Part shown: positions 38,661 to 47,969 of the stretch, one piece after another | Numbering within the stretch: the stretch's first letter is position 1 | How the letters are laid out: each line of letters begins with the position of its first letter | Assembly: GCA_965279515.1 (NCBI GenBank) | Contig: CBDIID010000003.1 | Location: 4,704,001-4,768,000, forward strand | Source: Turneriella sp. | Lineage (GTDB): Bacteria > Spirochaetota > Leptospiria > Turneriellales > Turneriellaceae | Length of the DNA: 64,000 nt | Reading direction: 5' to 3' | Translations under genes and position numbers: made by a program | Notes under the pieces: model-generated | The model's database searches: none | Told to the model about the DNA's origin: nothing | The model's input: only the letters and a program-made list of their open reading frames with translations

Positions 38661-40763
38661 ATGCGACGATATCGCACTCTGCTCATAACCCTCGGGGTTG
38701 TTTTTTCAGCAGGCTTTATCTACGCGGTATTCTACCCCTCGCTGGGTGTCAGGCAAAATCTCGCTGAAGAGGAGTTCCAGAAAGCCTGGCTGCTTTTTCA
38801 GGATCGCAAGTTCGATGCCGCGATCGAAAAATTTTCGCAGGCCCTTATCATCAACCCCGAGTTCCACTGGGCGCGGCGTTTTCTCGCACAAACCTACTAT
38901 TTCTCAGGACAAACATCGGAAGCGCTTGAAGAGTATGAAACTCTCATGCGCGCGATGCCGCATGACCTGACGCTCAAGAACCGCATCGAAGCATTAAACC
39001 TCTCACCCGATGCGCGCAGCGAAAGCGCCGCTGAATTTCTGCGCGTTGTACCGCGCGCGCAAGGTTACCGCTATAACCGGCCGACTTTTGTGGGGCTATT
39101 GCACTCCGACAGGTTTGCCGTCTTGTCGCTCGGGAACTTTGACGTGGGCAACATGGTCTCGTATTCAGCGCAGGGCGAGCCCTATGAGAACCGCCACCGT
39201 GTTTCGGGCAAGCTCAATTATCCGATGGCGTTCGCGCAGAATGACGCCGAGATCTGGATTTCAGATTTCAAGGACGACAAGATACACCGCCTGACGAAAA
39301 ACCCGCGCCGCTTTCTGGCGTATTTTTTCAATCCCGCAGCGCTGGGTAAAACCGGCGGCGGCGATCTCGAGTTCCGTTCGCCCGCAGGCGTCTGCCACCG
39401 TGCGGGTGAGTTTATCGTTGCCGATTCGGGCAACAACCGCCTGCAACGCATCAGCGATGACGGAAAGTTCATCGCCTCGATCACGCGGGCTGCCGACGTC
39501 GACGCGATGCAGACGCCGTTTGGTATCCACTGCGATGAAGAATCGATCTGGATTACGGAATCGGGCGCGGGCAGGATATCCCACCTGGACCGTTATGGCA
39601 ACGTCGTTGCCGAATTCTCACCGCCCGAAATCAAGAAACCGCGCCACATTTTGTGGGATGCCGGCGAGCAGCTTTTTCTTGTCGCCGATGAAACGGGTGG
39701 TATCATCCATATGAATAACGCGGGTGGCGTGGTGCGCAAGACGACGGGGTACCAGAATGCCGACGGACGTTTTATCACTTTCGCGCGGCCATACGCGGCT
39801 GCTTTTGACGCCTTCCGTAACCTCTATGTCGCCGATTATGGTTCGAGCGAAGTGGTGCAGTTCGCGCCGCAGAGCGAGAAATTCGGGCAGCTCTACATGC
39901 AGGTTGAAAAGGTCAGTTCGGCAAAATTCCCGATGCTCGGCGTCTATGTGACAGTTTCTACGGGCCTCTCTGAGAAGGCCGACGGACTGCCTCATTATCT
40001 CACGGAACTGAAAGCCGAGGATTTTAAAATTTTTGAAAACGATGCGGCCGTCGGAAATCTCGGCGCCGAATACCTGAAACAGTTCGACGAAGTTCTGCAG
40101 GGGACGATTCTGCTCTCGCGCAGCGCACGCATGAAAGATTATGAGACGCAGCTGCCCTGGGTGCTCGACCACATCTTTACCCGCATTCGCGAGAAAGACC
40201 GCTTCAGGATCATCACGCATGGCGCGGACGTGCGCCGTGAAACGGATTTTATCGCTTCACGGCTGAAGCTTTTGCAGGCCATCAAGACTTCGCTTGCTGA
40301 CGATTTACTCGTGAAAAGCGCGATACCCACCGCGAGTGCGGGGCTGTATGACGCCGTGACAGAACTCATCACACGCGAGGGCAAACGCGCGGTCATCTAT
40401 ATCACGGACGGCGAGCTCGACGACGATGCCTTACAGCCCTACGATAAGGCCCGCCTCATCGACTATGCACGTGCCAACCACATTCCCGTGTTTGTCGTGA
40501 GTTTTGAGCACCCCGATGCCGCGCCGGGCGGAAAGGAGCTTTTGGCCGAAATTGCGCAAAAAACCGGCGGGGCGTACTTCCGCGCGCTAGAGATCGATCC
40601 CAACATCGAAAGCCGCCTGCGTTCACAAAAAGAAGTCCGCTATTTACTCAGCTATCAAAGCCAGATGAAAAAAGAAACGCGCGGGCAGTATATTGACTTA
40701 AGGGTCATGACGCGGTTCAGGCAGAAGCGCGGCCTCGATCTCAGCGGGTATTTTATACCATGA
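38661..40763 (+). CDS. TPR + NHL beta-propeller + vWA-like domain protein
   Basis: N-terminal anchor, TPRs, NHL repeats (VADSGNNRLQ, LYVADYG), DFKIFEN, VIYITDG. TTGACG-17-TATTAT promoter upstream. Confidence 0.75.
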   Translation: MRRYRTLLITLGVVFSAGFIYAVFYPSLGVRQNLAEEEFQKAWLLFQDRKFDAAIEKFSQALIINPEFHWARRFLAQTYYFSGQTSEALEEYETLMRAMPHDLTLKNRIEALNLSPDARSESAAEFLRVVPRAQGYRYNRPTFVGLLHSDRFAVLSLGNFDVGNMVSYSAQGEPYENRHRVSGKLNYPMAFAQNDAEIWISDFKDDKIHRLTKNPRRFLAYFFNPAALGKTGGGDLEFRSPAGVCHRAGEFIVADSGNNRLQRISDDGKFIASITRAADVDAMQTPFGIHCDEESIWITESGAGRISHLDRYGNVVAEFSPPEIKKPRHILWDAGEQLFLVADETGGIIHMNNAGGVVRKTTGYQNADGRFITFARPYAAAFDAFRNLYVADYGSSEVVQFAPQSEKFGQLYMQVEKVSSAKFPMLGVYVTVSTGLSEKADGLPHYLTELKAEDFKIFENDAAVGNLGAEYLKQFDEVLQGTILLSRSARMKDYETQLPWVLDHIFTRIREKDRFRIITHGADVRRETDFIASRLKLLQAIKTSLADDLLVKSAIPTASAGLYDAVTELITREGKRAVIYITDGELDDDALQPYDKARLIDYARANHIPVFVVSFEHPDAAPGGKELLAEIAQKTGGAYFRALEIDPNIESRLRSQKEVRYLLSYQSQMKKETRGQYIDLRVMTRFRQKRGLDLSGYFIP

Positions 40764-42724
40764 GGATGTCTCAGCTAAGCCGTAGTTTCGCCGCAGCGGT
40801 TCTTTTGGCCGCGGGGCTTGCCGCGGCCGACCAGTCGGCGCAGTATTTTTACGATCAGGCGAAAAACCTCGAGAAGGCCGGCGACACGATACGCGCGGGC
40901 GACATGGTGCGCGAGTCGCTCCGTAAAAACGGCGATCACGTGCCTTCGCTGCTCTTGCTGGCGAAAATTCTCTCTGCCTCGCTTGATCTTAAAACTGCCG
41001 AGAGCCTTGTGCAACGCGCGCTGAAGCTCGATGGTGAAAATGAAGAGGCGATGATTCTTTGCGCGCGCATCGAACATAAACTGAAAAATACGCCGGCCTT
41101 TGAGGCCTGCCTCGACCGGGCCGAAAAGAAACGGCGCATGAACCCCGACGCGCTGTCGCTGCGTGCCCAGGTGCTGATCGACAATGCACAGTATGCGATT
41201 GCGAAACGCAAGATCGACGCGATCCTGCGTGATAATCCCGGCCACACCGAGACACACCTGCGCCTCGCTGGCCTCTACCTGAAACTCAAACAGTTTGAAA
41301 AAGCCGAGGCGCAGTTCCGGAAAATCCAGGCGCTGTTGCCCGATAATTCTGAACTAGCTGTCGCGATCGCGCGCGCGCGGCTCGACGCGTTTTTTAAGGG
41401 CGCCGCAAATGGCGATTTCTCCCCGGAAAACGAGGCCGCCGTGCGGGCGCTCGAAGCGCTGCGCCATGCGTATTCAAATAACCCCGAAAATTCTTCCGTG
41501 AGCCTTATGCTCTCGCAACTTTTGGCTGCGACAGGGCGCTGCGGCGAGGCGGGCGACTACCTGAAAAAACTGGCCGCCGCAGAAGCGGAGTCGCGCAGCG
41601 TGGTCATCTTCTATGCCTTTTGCGATCCCGCTGGTGCCGCGAAACTCTTGGGCGATTATCTCAAGCGCAACGAAGATGACGACCTGACCCGCCACCAGAG
41701 CGAATTGGCGCAGTTGGTTCAAAACAAAAAGCGCGAGCATGCCATTGCCACCAAGGCCGCCCGTCACCACCGCAACCTCGCGCGCCGTGAGATGGAAGAA
41801 AATGCCGACGAGTTTGCGCTGGCTGAGCTGCGCTGGGCAGAATATCTTTTTCCCGGCTACATCGAAGCACACCGCGACCTGTTGAAATTTTTCCGCACGA
41901 AAAAAGATTATGAACGCATGGCGGATGAACTCATTTTCCTGCGCGATGCCACGCAGGGCAAGGATTTCCGCGAGCAGGTCGAACAGCTGGAAATCGAAAA
42001 GCGCGATCTTTGGTACATTAAAGAGGGCGTCGCCACACCTGAGCGCGCAAAGAACCTGATTCCCGTACACATCTATCCCCTGCGCGCGCGCGACCCGCTG
42101 ACCGACCATCCCCTGGGCGGGGTGGCTATTGCGGATCGCGCACGTGTCGCACTGCAAAACTACGGGCGGGTGCGCTCGGTTTCGCGCGAGATGGCGGCTC
42201 TGCCGCAGGCGCAAAAGTTCAACCCGGAGAATTTACGCAAACTGCGGCAGACCTATGCCGACGCGCTCAGGGCCGAAGATAACACACAGCCATTCCAGCG
42301 CCGCCCCTTGAGTCTGGTGCTGGTGGGCGATTTCAGCGAGCTGGCGCATGGCATCGAGGTGTCGGCAGAGATCGTCGATGCCGATTCGGGCATCCGCGTG
42401 GCCGGGCTGACCTTTAAGGCCGTGGGCCGCGATTTTCTCAACAAGGCGGCGGTGCGCCTGGCGGAGTTTGTATTTCAGAATGCACCGGTGAGCGCGAACA
42501 TACTCAAGGTTCTCGGTTCAGACCGCATTCTGGTGAACACCGGCAAGCGCGATAAATTTGGTAAAGACATACAATTTGCCGCAACAGACAAGCTGGGCCG
42601 AACCATCACTTTCAAAGTGGTGCGTAGAGATTTTGATATACTCGAAGCGCAGGCTGCGCAGGGGGATGCAACTCGGCATCTGAAAGCCGGCGATCTGTTG
42701 AATTTAGTGAAAACGGAAAAGTAG
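40760..42724 (+). CDS. Exported tetratricopeptide repeat protein
   Basis: Signal peptide and multiple TPR-like helix pairs; ATGA-coupled to the previous gene. Confidence 0.75.
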   Translation: MRMSQLSRSFAAAVLLAAGLAAADQSAQYFYDQAKNLEKAGDTIRAGDMVRESLRKNGDHVPSLLLLAKILSASLDLKTAESLVQRALKLDGENEEAMILCARIEHKLKNTPAFEACLDRAEKKRRMNPDALSLRAQVLIDNAQYAIAKRKIDAILRDNPGHTETHLRLAGLYLKLKQFEKAEAQFRKIQALLPDNSELAVAIARARLDAFFKGAANGDFSPENEAAVRALEALRHAYSNNPENSSVSLMLSQLLAATGRCGEAGDYLKKLAAAEAESRSVVIFYAFCDPAGAAKLLGDYLKRNEDDDLTRHQSELAQLVQNKKREHAIATKAARHHRNLARREMEENADEFALAELRWAEYLFPGYIEAHRDLLKFFRTKKDYERMADELIFLRDATQGKDFREQVEQLEIEKRDLWYIKEGVATPERAKNLIPVHIYPLRARDPLTDHPLGGVAIADRARVALQNYGRVRSVSREMAALPQAQKFNPENLRKLRQTYADALRAEDNTQPFQRRPLSLVLVGDFSELAHGIEVSAEIVDADSGIRVAGLTFKAVGRDFLNKAAVRLAEFVFQNAPVSANILKVLGSDRILVNTGKRDKFGKDIQFAATDKLGRTITFKVVRRDFDILEAQAAQGDATRHLKAGDLLNLVKTEK

Positions 42725-42745
42725 GGGATGGCCAGGCCATCCCCC
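42724..42745. terminator. Hairpin between convergent genes
   Basis: GGGGATGGCC-A-GGCCATCCCC. Confidence 0.6.
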
Positions 42746-42752
42746 AAACTAC

Positions 42753-43268
42753 TTAGTTAAAGTAGAAAATCACACCAACCGCTGTGCGGGTTGTGCCGAG
42801 GGTTGTAGTCTTGTTGGTGGTGGTACCGCCTTTGTCCTCACTTGTATAACCGAAACCTAACTCACCAAAAATGTGAACCTGGTCAAGCAATGCTGCCTGA
42901 AGGCCGAGAGATGCTGCGAAGTTCAAGCTAGAACCTGTTGCCGAACCAGCTGTGGTCTTCGTAGTCGTGGAGGTGTAGCTTGCGGATGGCGCGACGTACA
43001 TGTCCAGAATGTTGAACTTAGCCAGATAAATCGGAACACCAAGACCGAAAATAAGGTTTGATGTCGTTGTATCACCTGTTGTCGTGACTGTCTCCGTAGT
43101 GTAGCCGACACTTGGTGTGATAGCGATCATATCCGTAATGTGCCACCATGCACCGAAGCTTTTAGCTGTGCCGGCATAGCTGAAGTTTACACCAATTTTA
43201 CCGCCTTTAACGCTGGCGAATACGCTGGTCGATGCGATAAACGCGAGACCTAAAAATATTTTCTTCAT
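42753..43268 (-). CDS. Small outer-membrane beta-barrel protein
   Basis: Signal peptide (VFA), alternating Thr/Gly/aromatic strands, C-terminal IFYFN, AGGAGA RBS. Confidence 0.8.
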   Translation of the reverse strand: MKKIFLGLAFIASTSVFASVKGGKIGVNFSYAGTAKSFGAWWHITDMIAITPSVGYTTETVTTTGDTTTSNLIFGLGVPIYLAKFNILDMYVAPSASYTSTTTKTTAGSATGSSLNFAASLGLQAALLDQVHIFGELGFGYTSEDKGGTTTNKTTTLGTTRTAVGVIFYFN

Positions 43269-43397
43269 GTTATCTCCTTAAAATCTTTAGATAAGCAGTG
43301 ACCTGCTGATGCGACATAATCCCCAGCGGTTTGAACCTTAAGGGTAAAATGCCGCATACACAACCACCTTAGGGGGCACTCCCTTCACGACAACCCT

Positions 43398-43608
43398 AAA
43401 AAAAGACAAAAAATGGCCCCGCGAGGCATCAAATGACATCAGATTATACATCTCTCGTGCACCACTCCACGGCCACATCCTTCTGGCCTTAGTGCACCGG
43501 CCCTCAGTTCCGCCCTCCTGGCGCTTCGGGCCTCGCACCATCGGTTGGCCGCAGAGTGCCTCCTGCACGCGGCCAACTAACCGGCATCCTGCCGGCTTAG
43601 TGCACCGC
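43398..43608 (-). ncRNA. Candidate structured RNA with multiple GGA-loop hairpins (CsrB/RsmZ-like) or repeat element
   Basis: Four hairpins with GGA-containing loops on the minus strand, followed by a weak hairpin and T-rich tract. Confidence 0.45.
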
Positions 43609-43759
43609 TAACAAAAAATAGCTTGACGCTTTGCTCAATTTCGACGACGAAACTATCGAAGCGTTAATAGTTTTTTGCGGGATTCCCCAAAGGCGCCGGC
43701 AAGGAGCACCTCGTGTGCGCCGCCGCCTTAGGTGCCTTCTGCACTATAAGGAGTAAACT

Positions 43760-44872
43760 ATGGAAATTACAGCGAACATCTCTACACTGGGGAATATGGT
43801 ACTGCGCAACCCGCGGGTTGCGGCAGATCTCTTTCCTTCGGCAATTGCCGGCTATGTGCTGCAGCACGGGCACCAAAACACACTGCAGATAGTTTCGGGA
43901 CACCCCGTTCACTATGACTGGACTTATTCGAACTTCGGCAATCCCGAGTTCAAGACCCTCTACCGCCGGGCTTATAAAGGGCAGTGGGATGCCGAAGATC
44001 TGCCCTGGGATACTAAAGTAGATCCTTATAACCCGAATATTGCGATTATCCCCGAGCGCCTGGTGCCGGGTTTTGGCGAGAAATTCTACCCGAAAGACCT
44101 GCGCGACCGCCAGAAAATCCAGCATTCGGCCATCAGCTTCCTTTTATCCCAGTTTCTGCATGGCGAGCAGGGTGCGCTCTATATCGCCGGTGAAACGGTC
44201 GAGGCGAGCCCGTGGTTTGACGCGAAACTCTATGGTTCGACACAGGTCGTCGACGAAGGCCGCCACGTTGAGGTCTTTGCCCGTTACCTGCAGCAAAAAC
44301 TCGAAAAACTCTATCACGTGAACGATAACCTCTTTGTTATCCTGCGTTCGATCACCGCGGGTTCCGATTGGGATCTCAAGTTTTTGGGCATGCAGATCAT
44401 GATAGAGGGCTTGGCTCTCGGCGCCTTTGGGACGTTGTATAAGTTCACCGAAGAGCCCCTGCTGAAACAGCTGCTGAAACAGGTGATCTCCGACGAGGCG
44501 CGCCACGTACACTACGGCGTGGTCGCGCTGCGCGATTACTTCACAAAAGAGATTTCCGAGGCGAAACGCCGTGAGCGCGAAGACTGGGCGTATGAGGTGG
44601 CGATTATGCTGCGCAACCGCTTCCATTTCCTCGAAATCCACGAAGAATTCTATGGCCAGTCGATCAGCCGCAAGGACTGGCTGCACCTGCTCGAAACATC
44701 GGAAATGATGAGCGAGTTCAGAAAGCAGCTGTTTACGCGGATGATCCCCAACCTCAAGGCGATTGGCCTCTTGAGCGACCGCATTCGGCCCAAATATGCC
44801 CAGCTGGGTATTTTGAAGTACGAAAACGAGCAGTCGGCCGACAAGCTGACAGCTGAAGATTTGATGAAATAG
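43760..44872 (+). CDS. Ferritin-like diiron protein (AurF-like)
   Basis: HGEQGAL, DEGRH, IEGLA, DEARH diiron ligand pattern; AAGGAG RBS. Confidence 0.82.
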   Translation: MEITANISTLGNMVLRNPRVAADLFPSAIAGYVLQHGHQNTLQIVSGHPVHYDWTYSNFGNPEFKTLYRRAYKGQWDAEDLPWDTKVDPYNPNIAIIPERLVPGFGEKFYPKDLRDRQKIQHSAISFLLSQFLHGEQGALYIAGETVEASPWFDAKLYGSTQVVDEGRHVEVFARYLQQKLEKLYHVNDNLFVILRSITAGSDWDLKFLGMQIMIEGLALGAFGTLYKFTEEPLLKQLLKQVISDEARHVHYGVVALRDYFTKEISEAKRREREDWAYEVAIMLRNRFHFLEIHEEFYGQSISRKDWLHLLETSEMMSEFRKQLFTRMIPNLKAIGLLSDRIRPKYAQLGILKYENEQSADKLTAEDLMK

Positions 44873-44953
44873 GTTTAAATTCCCGGCCGGTAACGGGAAA
44901 GCCCGTTGCCGGTAATTGTGTTGTCAAAACCTCGGACTTTAGTATATTTGGGC

Positions 44954-45145
44954 ATGGCCACAGCCAAGAAAAGAGTTTTTACCCCCGCCCAACTTGCCTA
45001 TGCGCGCAAGGATCTCATACAGCAACGATTGGGTCTGTTTCCTGTGGACGTTCAGTCCGATGGATTTTATTATGACGGCCCCGAAGCGTTGCTTGCCATC
45101 AAGAAGAAATTGCCCGTCAAAAAGACACGAATCAAGAAAAAGTGA
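44954..45145 (+). CDS. Small basic hypothetical protein (possible antitoxin)
   Basis: 63 aa; ATG 5 nt after TTGTCA-16-TATATT; coupled to the next gene. Confidence 0.6.
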   Translation: MATAKKRVFTPAQLAYARKDLIQQRLGLFPVDVQSDGFYYDGPEALLAIKKKLPVKKTRIKKK

Positions 45146-45378
45146 ATTACCGCTTCTCCGATGAAGTCTTGGTGATTTTAGCCCAAAAATGGTATATCTA
45201 TATCGATGAAATCACGGACGTATTTCGTCAGATATCCTTGATGACTGAAAAAGAATTCCGACTGCGCTACCAGAAGGACAAATCTGTTCGCATTGGTTTG
45301 CATGATGGCAGTTTTCTTCGTTTTTCCATTCGTTTTCAGGGTGGGATAGCCTATGTTTACGAAATCCAAATTGGGTAA
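45142..45378 (+). CDS. Small hypothetical protein (BrnT/RelE-fold toxin-like)
   Basis: 78 aa; GTGA overlap; strand-helix-helix then three strands pattern. Confidence 0.55.
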   Translation: MNYRFSDEVLVILAQKWYIYIDEITDVFRQISLMTEKEFRLRYQKDKSVRIGLHDGSFLRFSIRFQGGIAYVYEIQIG

Positions 45379-45427
45379 ATACGCTACTTTTTAGTTGCCA
45401 CCGCGGCCGGACTTGTTACCGCCGCCC

Positions 45428-47863
45428 ATGGCCATGCAACTCGATTCCTCGATTCTCAAAAAACGCATTTCGATTATTTTCTATATTGTCAGTTTACTCG
45501 GTTTTGCCAGCATTATCGGTATTGCTGTCACCCCGAAGGATAACCTGCGGCTGAACGTCTTATTGCATGAAACCTATAACATCGTTCTGATTTTCTCGAC
45601 GATCGGCTTCATCGGCCTCGTCTATATTCTGCTCAACTTCCTCGGCTTTTTCGGCCTCGATCGCAATAAATTGATGGGCATGTATCTTGCGCTTTCGATT
45701 GCCGGTTGGTTCTGTTTTATCTACCAGCGCTATGACTTTATTCTGAAACCCCTCGAAGAGTTCGGTATCAATATGCGTTTCAAAATGGCAGCCGAGACGC
45801 AGAAGTACGGCCAGGTGGGAGATCAGGTTGTCAAAATCCCCCTGAAGAGTCTGCATCCGGCGATCCACATCGTCGGTATCGAAACCGAAACGGTGCAGCA
45901 GTATGGCGGCTATCCTTTCAGCTGGAAACACTATGCAGACGAACTGAAGTCGCTCAAAGGTTCCGGCGCGAACACGGTGATGTTCGACGTTTTCTTCATG
46001 GATGAGTTTAAGGATAACTATGGTATCCTCTACATGGTCGAGAGCCTCAGGGATATTGCGCCGAAGCTTTTTGCACAAGGACAGGGTATTAATGTCAGTG
46101 CAGGTGAGTTGCGCGCCCGGTCAGCGCGCTGGAGCGAGGAGATCCGCCGTTCAGGCAACGTTATTGTCGACTATGGCATGGAAGTCGATCCGAGTTTTGA
46201 CCCGGCGGTCTTGCAGAACCCTGATCTCAAAGCGCGCATTGCCGAGCTCAACAAGTTCCGTATTCCAGACCAGAATATTGTCGAGAACGAGTACCTGAAA
46301 GATCCTTACATGGAATGGGTATCGTATCCGTATCCGCCGATTCCGGCGGTCAGCAGCGCGACAAAGGGTTTAGGGGCGGCGAATGTGAAGTATGAGGCGG
46401 CGTCGGTCAACTATGTCATGCCGATGGTCTTTAAATGGCAGAACCGCCTGTATCCCTCAATCTCTCTGCTACTCGCCTGCCGCTATTTCGGCGTTGATGT
46501 TGCTAAAGATGTCGAAGTGAAACTCGGTTCTTATGTCAAAATAAAGAACATTCCCGACAAAAAAATCAGTATCGGTATTTTTGGCGAAGAGCGCGACGTC
46601 ATGACGCAACCCAATGCGGAGCGCACGGTCACTATTCCGATCAACGATATCGGCATGATGGCGATTAACTTCATCGGCGGGCCCTATACCTTCCCGCACA
46701 CCAAAATGGTTGAATTGGCCGAGCAGGTCAATATGAAGGAAAAAACCCTGAACGTCGAAGACTTCAAGAACAAGGTCCTTTTGACGGCGATGTATTATGC
46801 GACCGGTGTCTCAACCACGCGCGATATACACCCTTCGCCCTTTAGCCACACCACCGCGGGTATTGAACACCACGCCAGTGCGCTCAACACTATTCTCATG
46901 CAAAACTTCATTAGTTATGCCAACCAGTGGATCAACTACCTGATCATGTTCGCCTTTGCGGCCTTTTTAGGCTTTTTGATTCCGCGGTCGAATATCGGGA
47001 TCACCCTCGTGGTCGTGGGTGTGGTTTCCGCGATCTTCTTTATCGAAGCGGTAATGATCTTCAAGTACATGAAGTATGTTCACTTTTTCCTTGTTCCCTA
47101 TGTCGAAACCGTCGTCATTCTGATCGCCGTCATCGGTTACAAGGTCTTGACCGAAGAAGAAAACGTCAAATATATCCGCAGTACATTCTCGAAATTCGTC
47201 TCGAAAGATATCGTGAACGAACTGCTCGCCAACCCCGAGTCGCTGAAGCTCGGTGGTGAAAAGAAAGAACTCACCGTATTCTTCTCCGATATCCGCGGAT
47301 TTACCACGATGTCTGAGAGTCTCTCTCCTGAAGATCTCGTTCACCTGCTCAATGAATATCTCTCAACCATGACGAATCTTGTCATCGCCTATAAAGGTAC
47401 GATCGATAAGTACATGGGTGATGCCATCATGGCCTTCTGGGGCGCCCCGGTGCCGAATGAAGACCATGCCTATTGCGCCTGCCTGACCTCCGTGATTCAG
47501 CTCGAAGAGTTGAAAAAAATGCAGGATCGCTGGGCTGCAAACGGCTGGCCGGTGATCGACATCGGTATCGGCCTCAATACCGGTTATGCGGTTGCCGGCA
47601 ACATGGGATCTTCACACCGTATGGATTATACGGTGATGGGTGACACGATCAACCTAGGCAGTCGCCTCGAAGGTACTAATAAACAATACGGCACGCGCAT
47701 CATCATTTCAGAGTTTACCTACGCAAAGGTCAAAGACCGCGTTTATACCCGCGAACTCGACGATATCCGCGTAAAAGGTAAGAACGAGCCTGTGAAGATT
47801 TATGAGCTGATCGATGTGGTAAACCGCGAAGATTTGGAAAAGCTCCGCGTCGCGGTGGATTAA
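45428..47863 (+). CDS. CHASE2-domain class III adenylate cyclase
   Basis: TMs and CHASE2 (FDVFF, G.E.HA..L.TIL); FSDIRGFT, DKYMGDA, GIGLNTG, DYTVMGD.INL.SRLEG with ATP-specifying Lys/Asp. Confidence 0.9.
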   Translation: MAMQLDSSILKKRISIIFYIVSLLGFASIIGIAVTPKDNLRLNVLLHETYNIVLIFSTIGFIGLVYILLNFLGFFGLDRNKLMGMYLALSIAGWFCFIYQRYDFILKPLEEFGINMRFKMAAETQKYGQVGDQVVKIPLKSLHPAIHIVGIETETVQQYGGYPFSWKHYADELKSLKGSGANTVMFDVFFMDEFKDNYGILYMVESLRDIAPKLFAQGQGINVSAGELRARSARWSEEIRRSGNVIVDYGMEVDPSFDPAVLQNPDLKARIAELNKFRIPDQNIVENEYLKDPYMEWVSYPYPPIPAVSSATKGLGAANVKYEAASVNYVMPMVFKWQNRLYPSISLLLACRYFGVDVAKDVEVKLGSYVKIKNIPDKKISIGIFGEERDVMTQPNAERTVTIPINDIGMMAINFIGGPYTFPHTKMVELAEQVNMKEKTLNVEDFKNKVLLTAMYYATGVSTTRDIHPSPFSHTTAGIEHHASALNTILMQNFISYANQWINYLIMFAFAAFLGFLIPRSNIGITLVVVGVVSAIFFIEAVMIFKYMKYVHFFLVPYVETVVILIAVIGYKVLTEEENVKYIRSTFSKFVSKDIVNELLANPESLKLGGEKKELTVFFSDIRGFTTMSESLSPEDLVHLLNEYLSTMTNLVIAYKGTIDKYMGDAIMAFWGAPVPNEDHAYCACLTSVIQLEELKKMQDRWAANGWPVIDIGIGLNTGYAVAGNMGSSHRMDYTVMGDTINLGSRLEGTNKQYGTRIIISEFTYAKVKDRVYTRELDDIRVKGKNEPVKIYELIDVVNREDLEKLRVAVD

Positions 47864-47889
47864 TCTGCCGTAAGCGAATTTTGAAAAAC

Positions 47890-47969
47890 CACCGCAGAGT
47901 ACGCGAAGTTACGCAAAGGAAAGCCGTAACGATATCTTAACTCTGCGTAACTTTGCGCCCTTTGCGGTT
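47890..47969. repeat. Palindromic element with 29-bp arms (copy 1)
   Basis: CACCGCAGAGTACGCGAAGTTACGCAAAG...CTCTGCGTAACTTTGCGCCCTTTGCGGTT. Confidence 0.8.

Noticed and set aside
43338..43568. 76-aa minus-strand ORF over the GGA-hairpin region
   Set aside because: No RBS or recognisable protein features; better explained by RNA structure.
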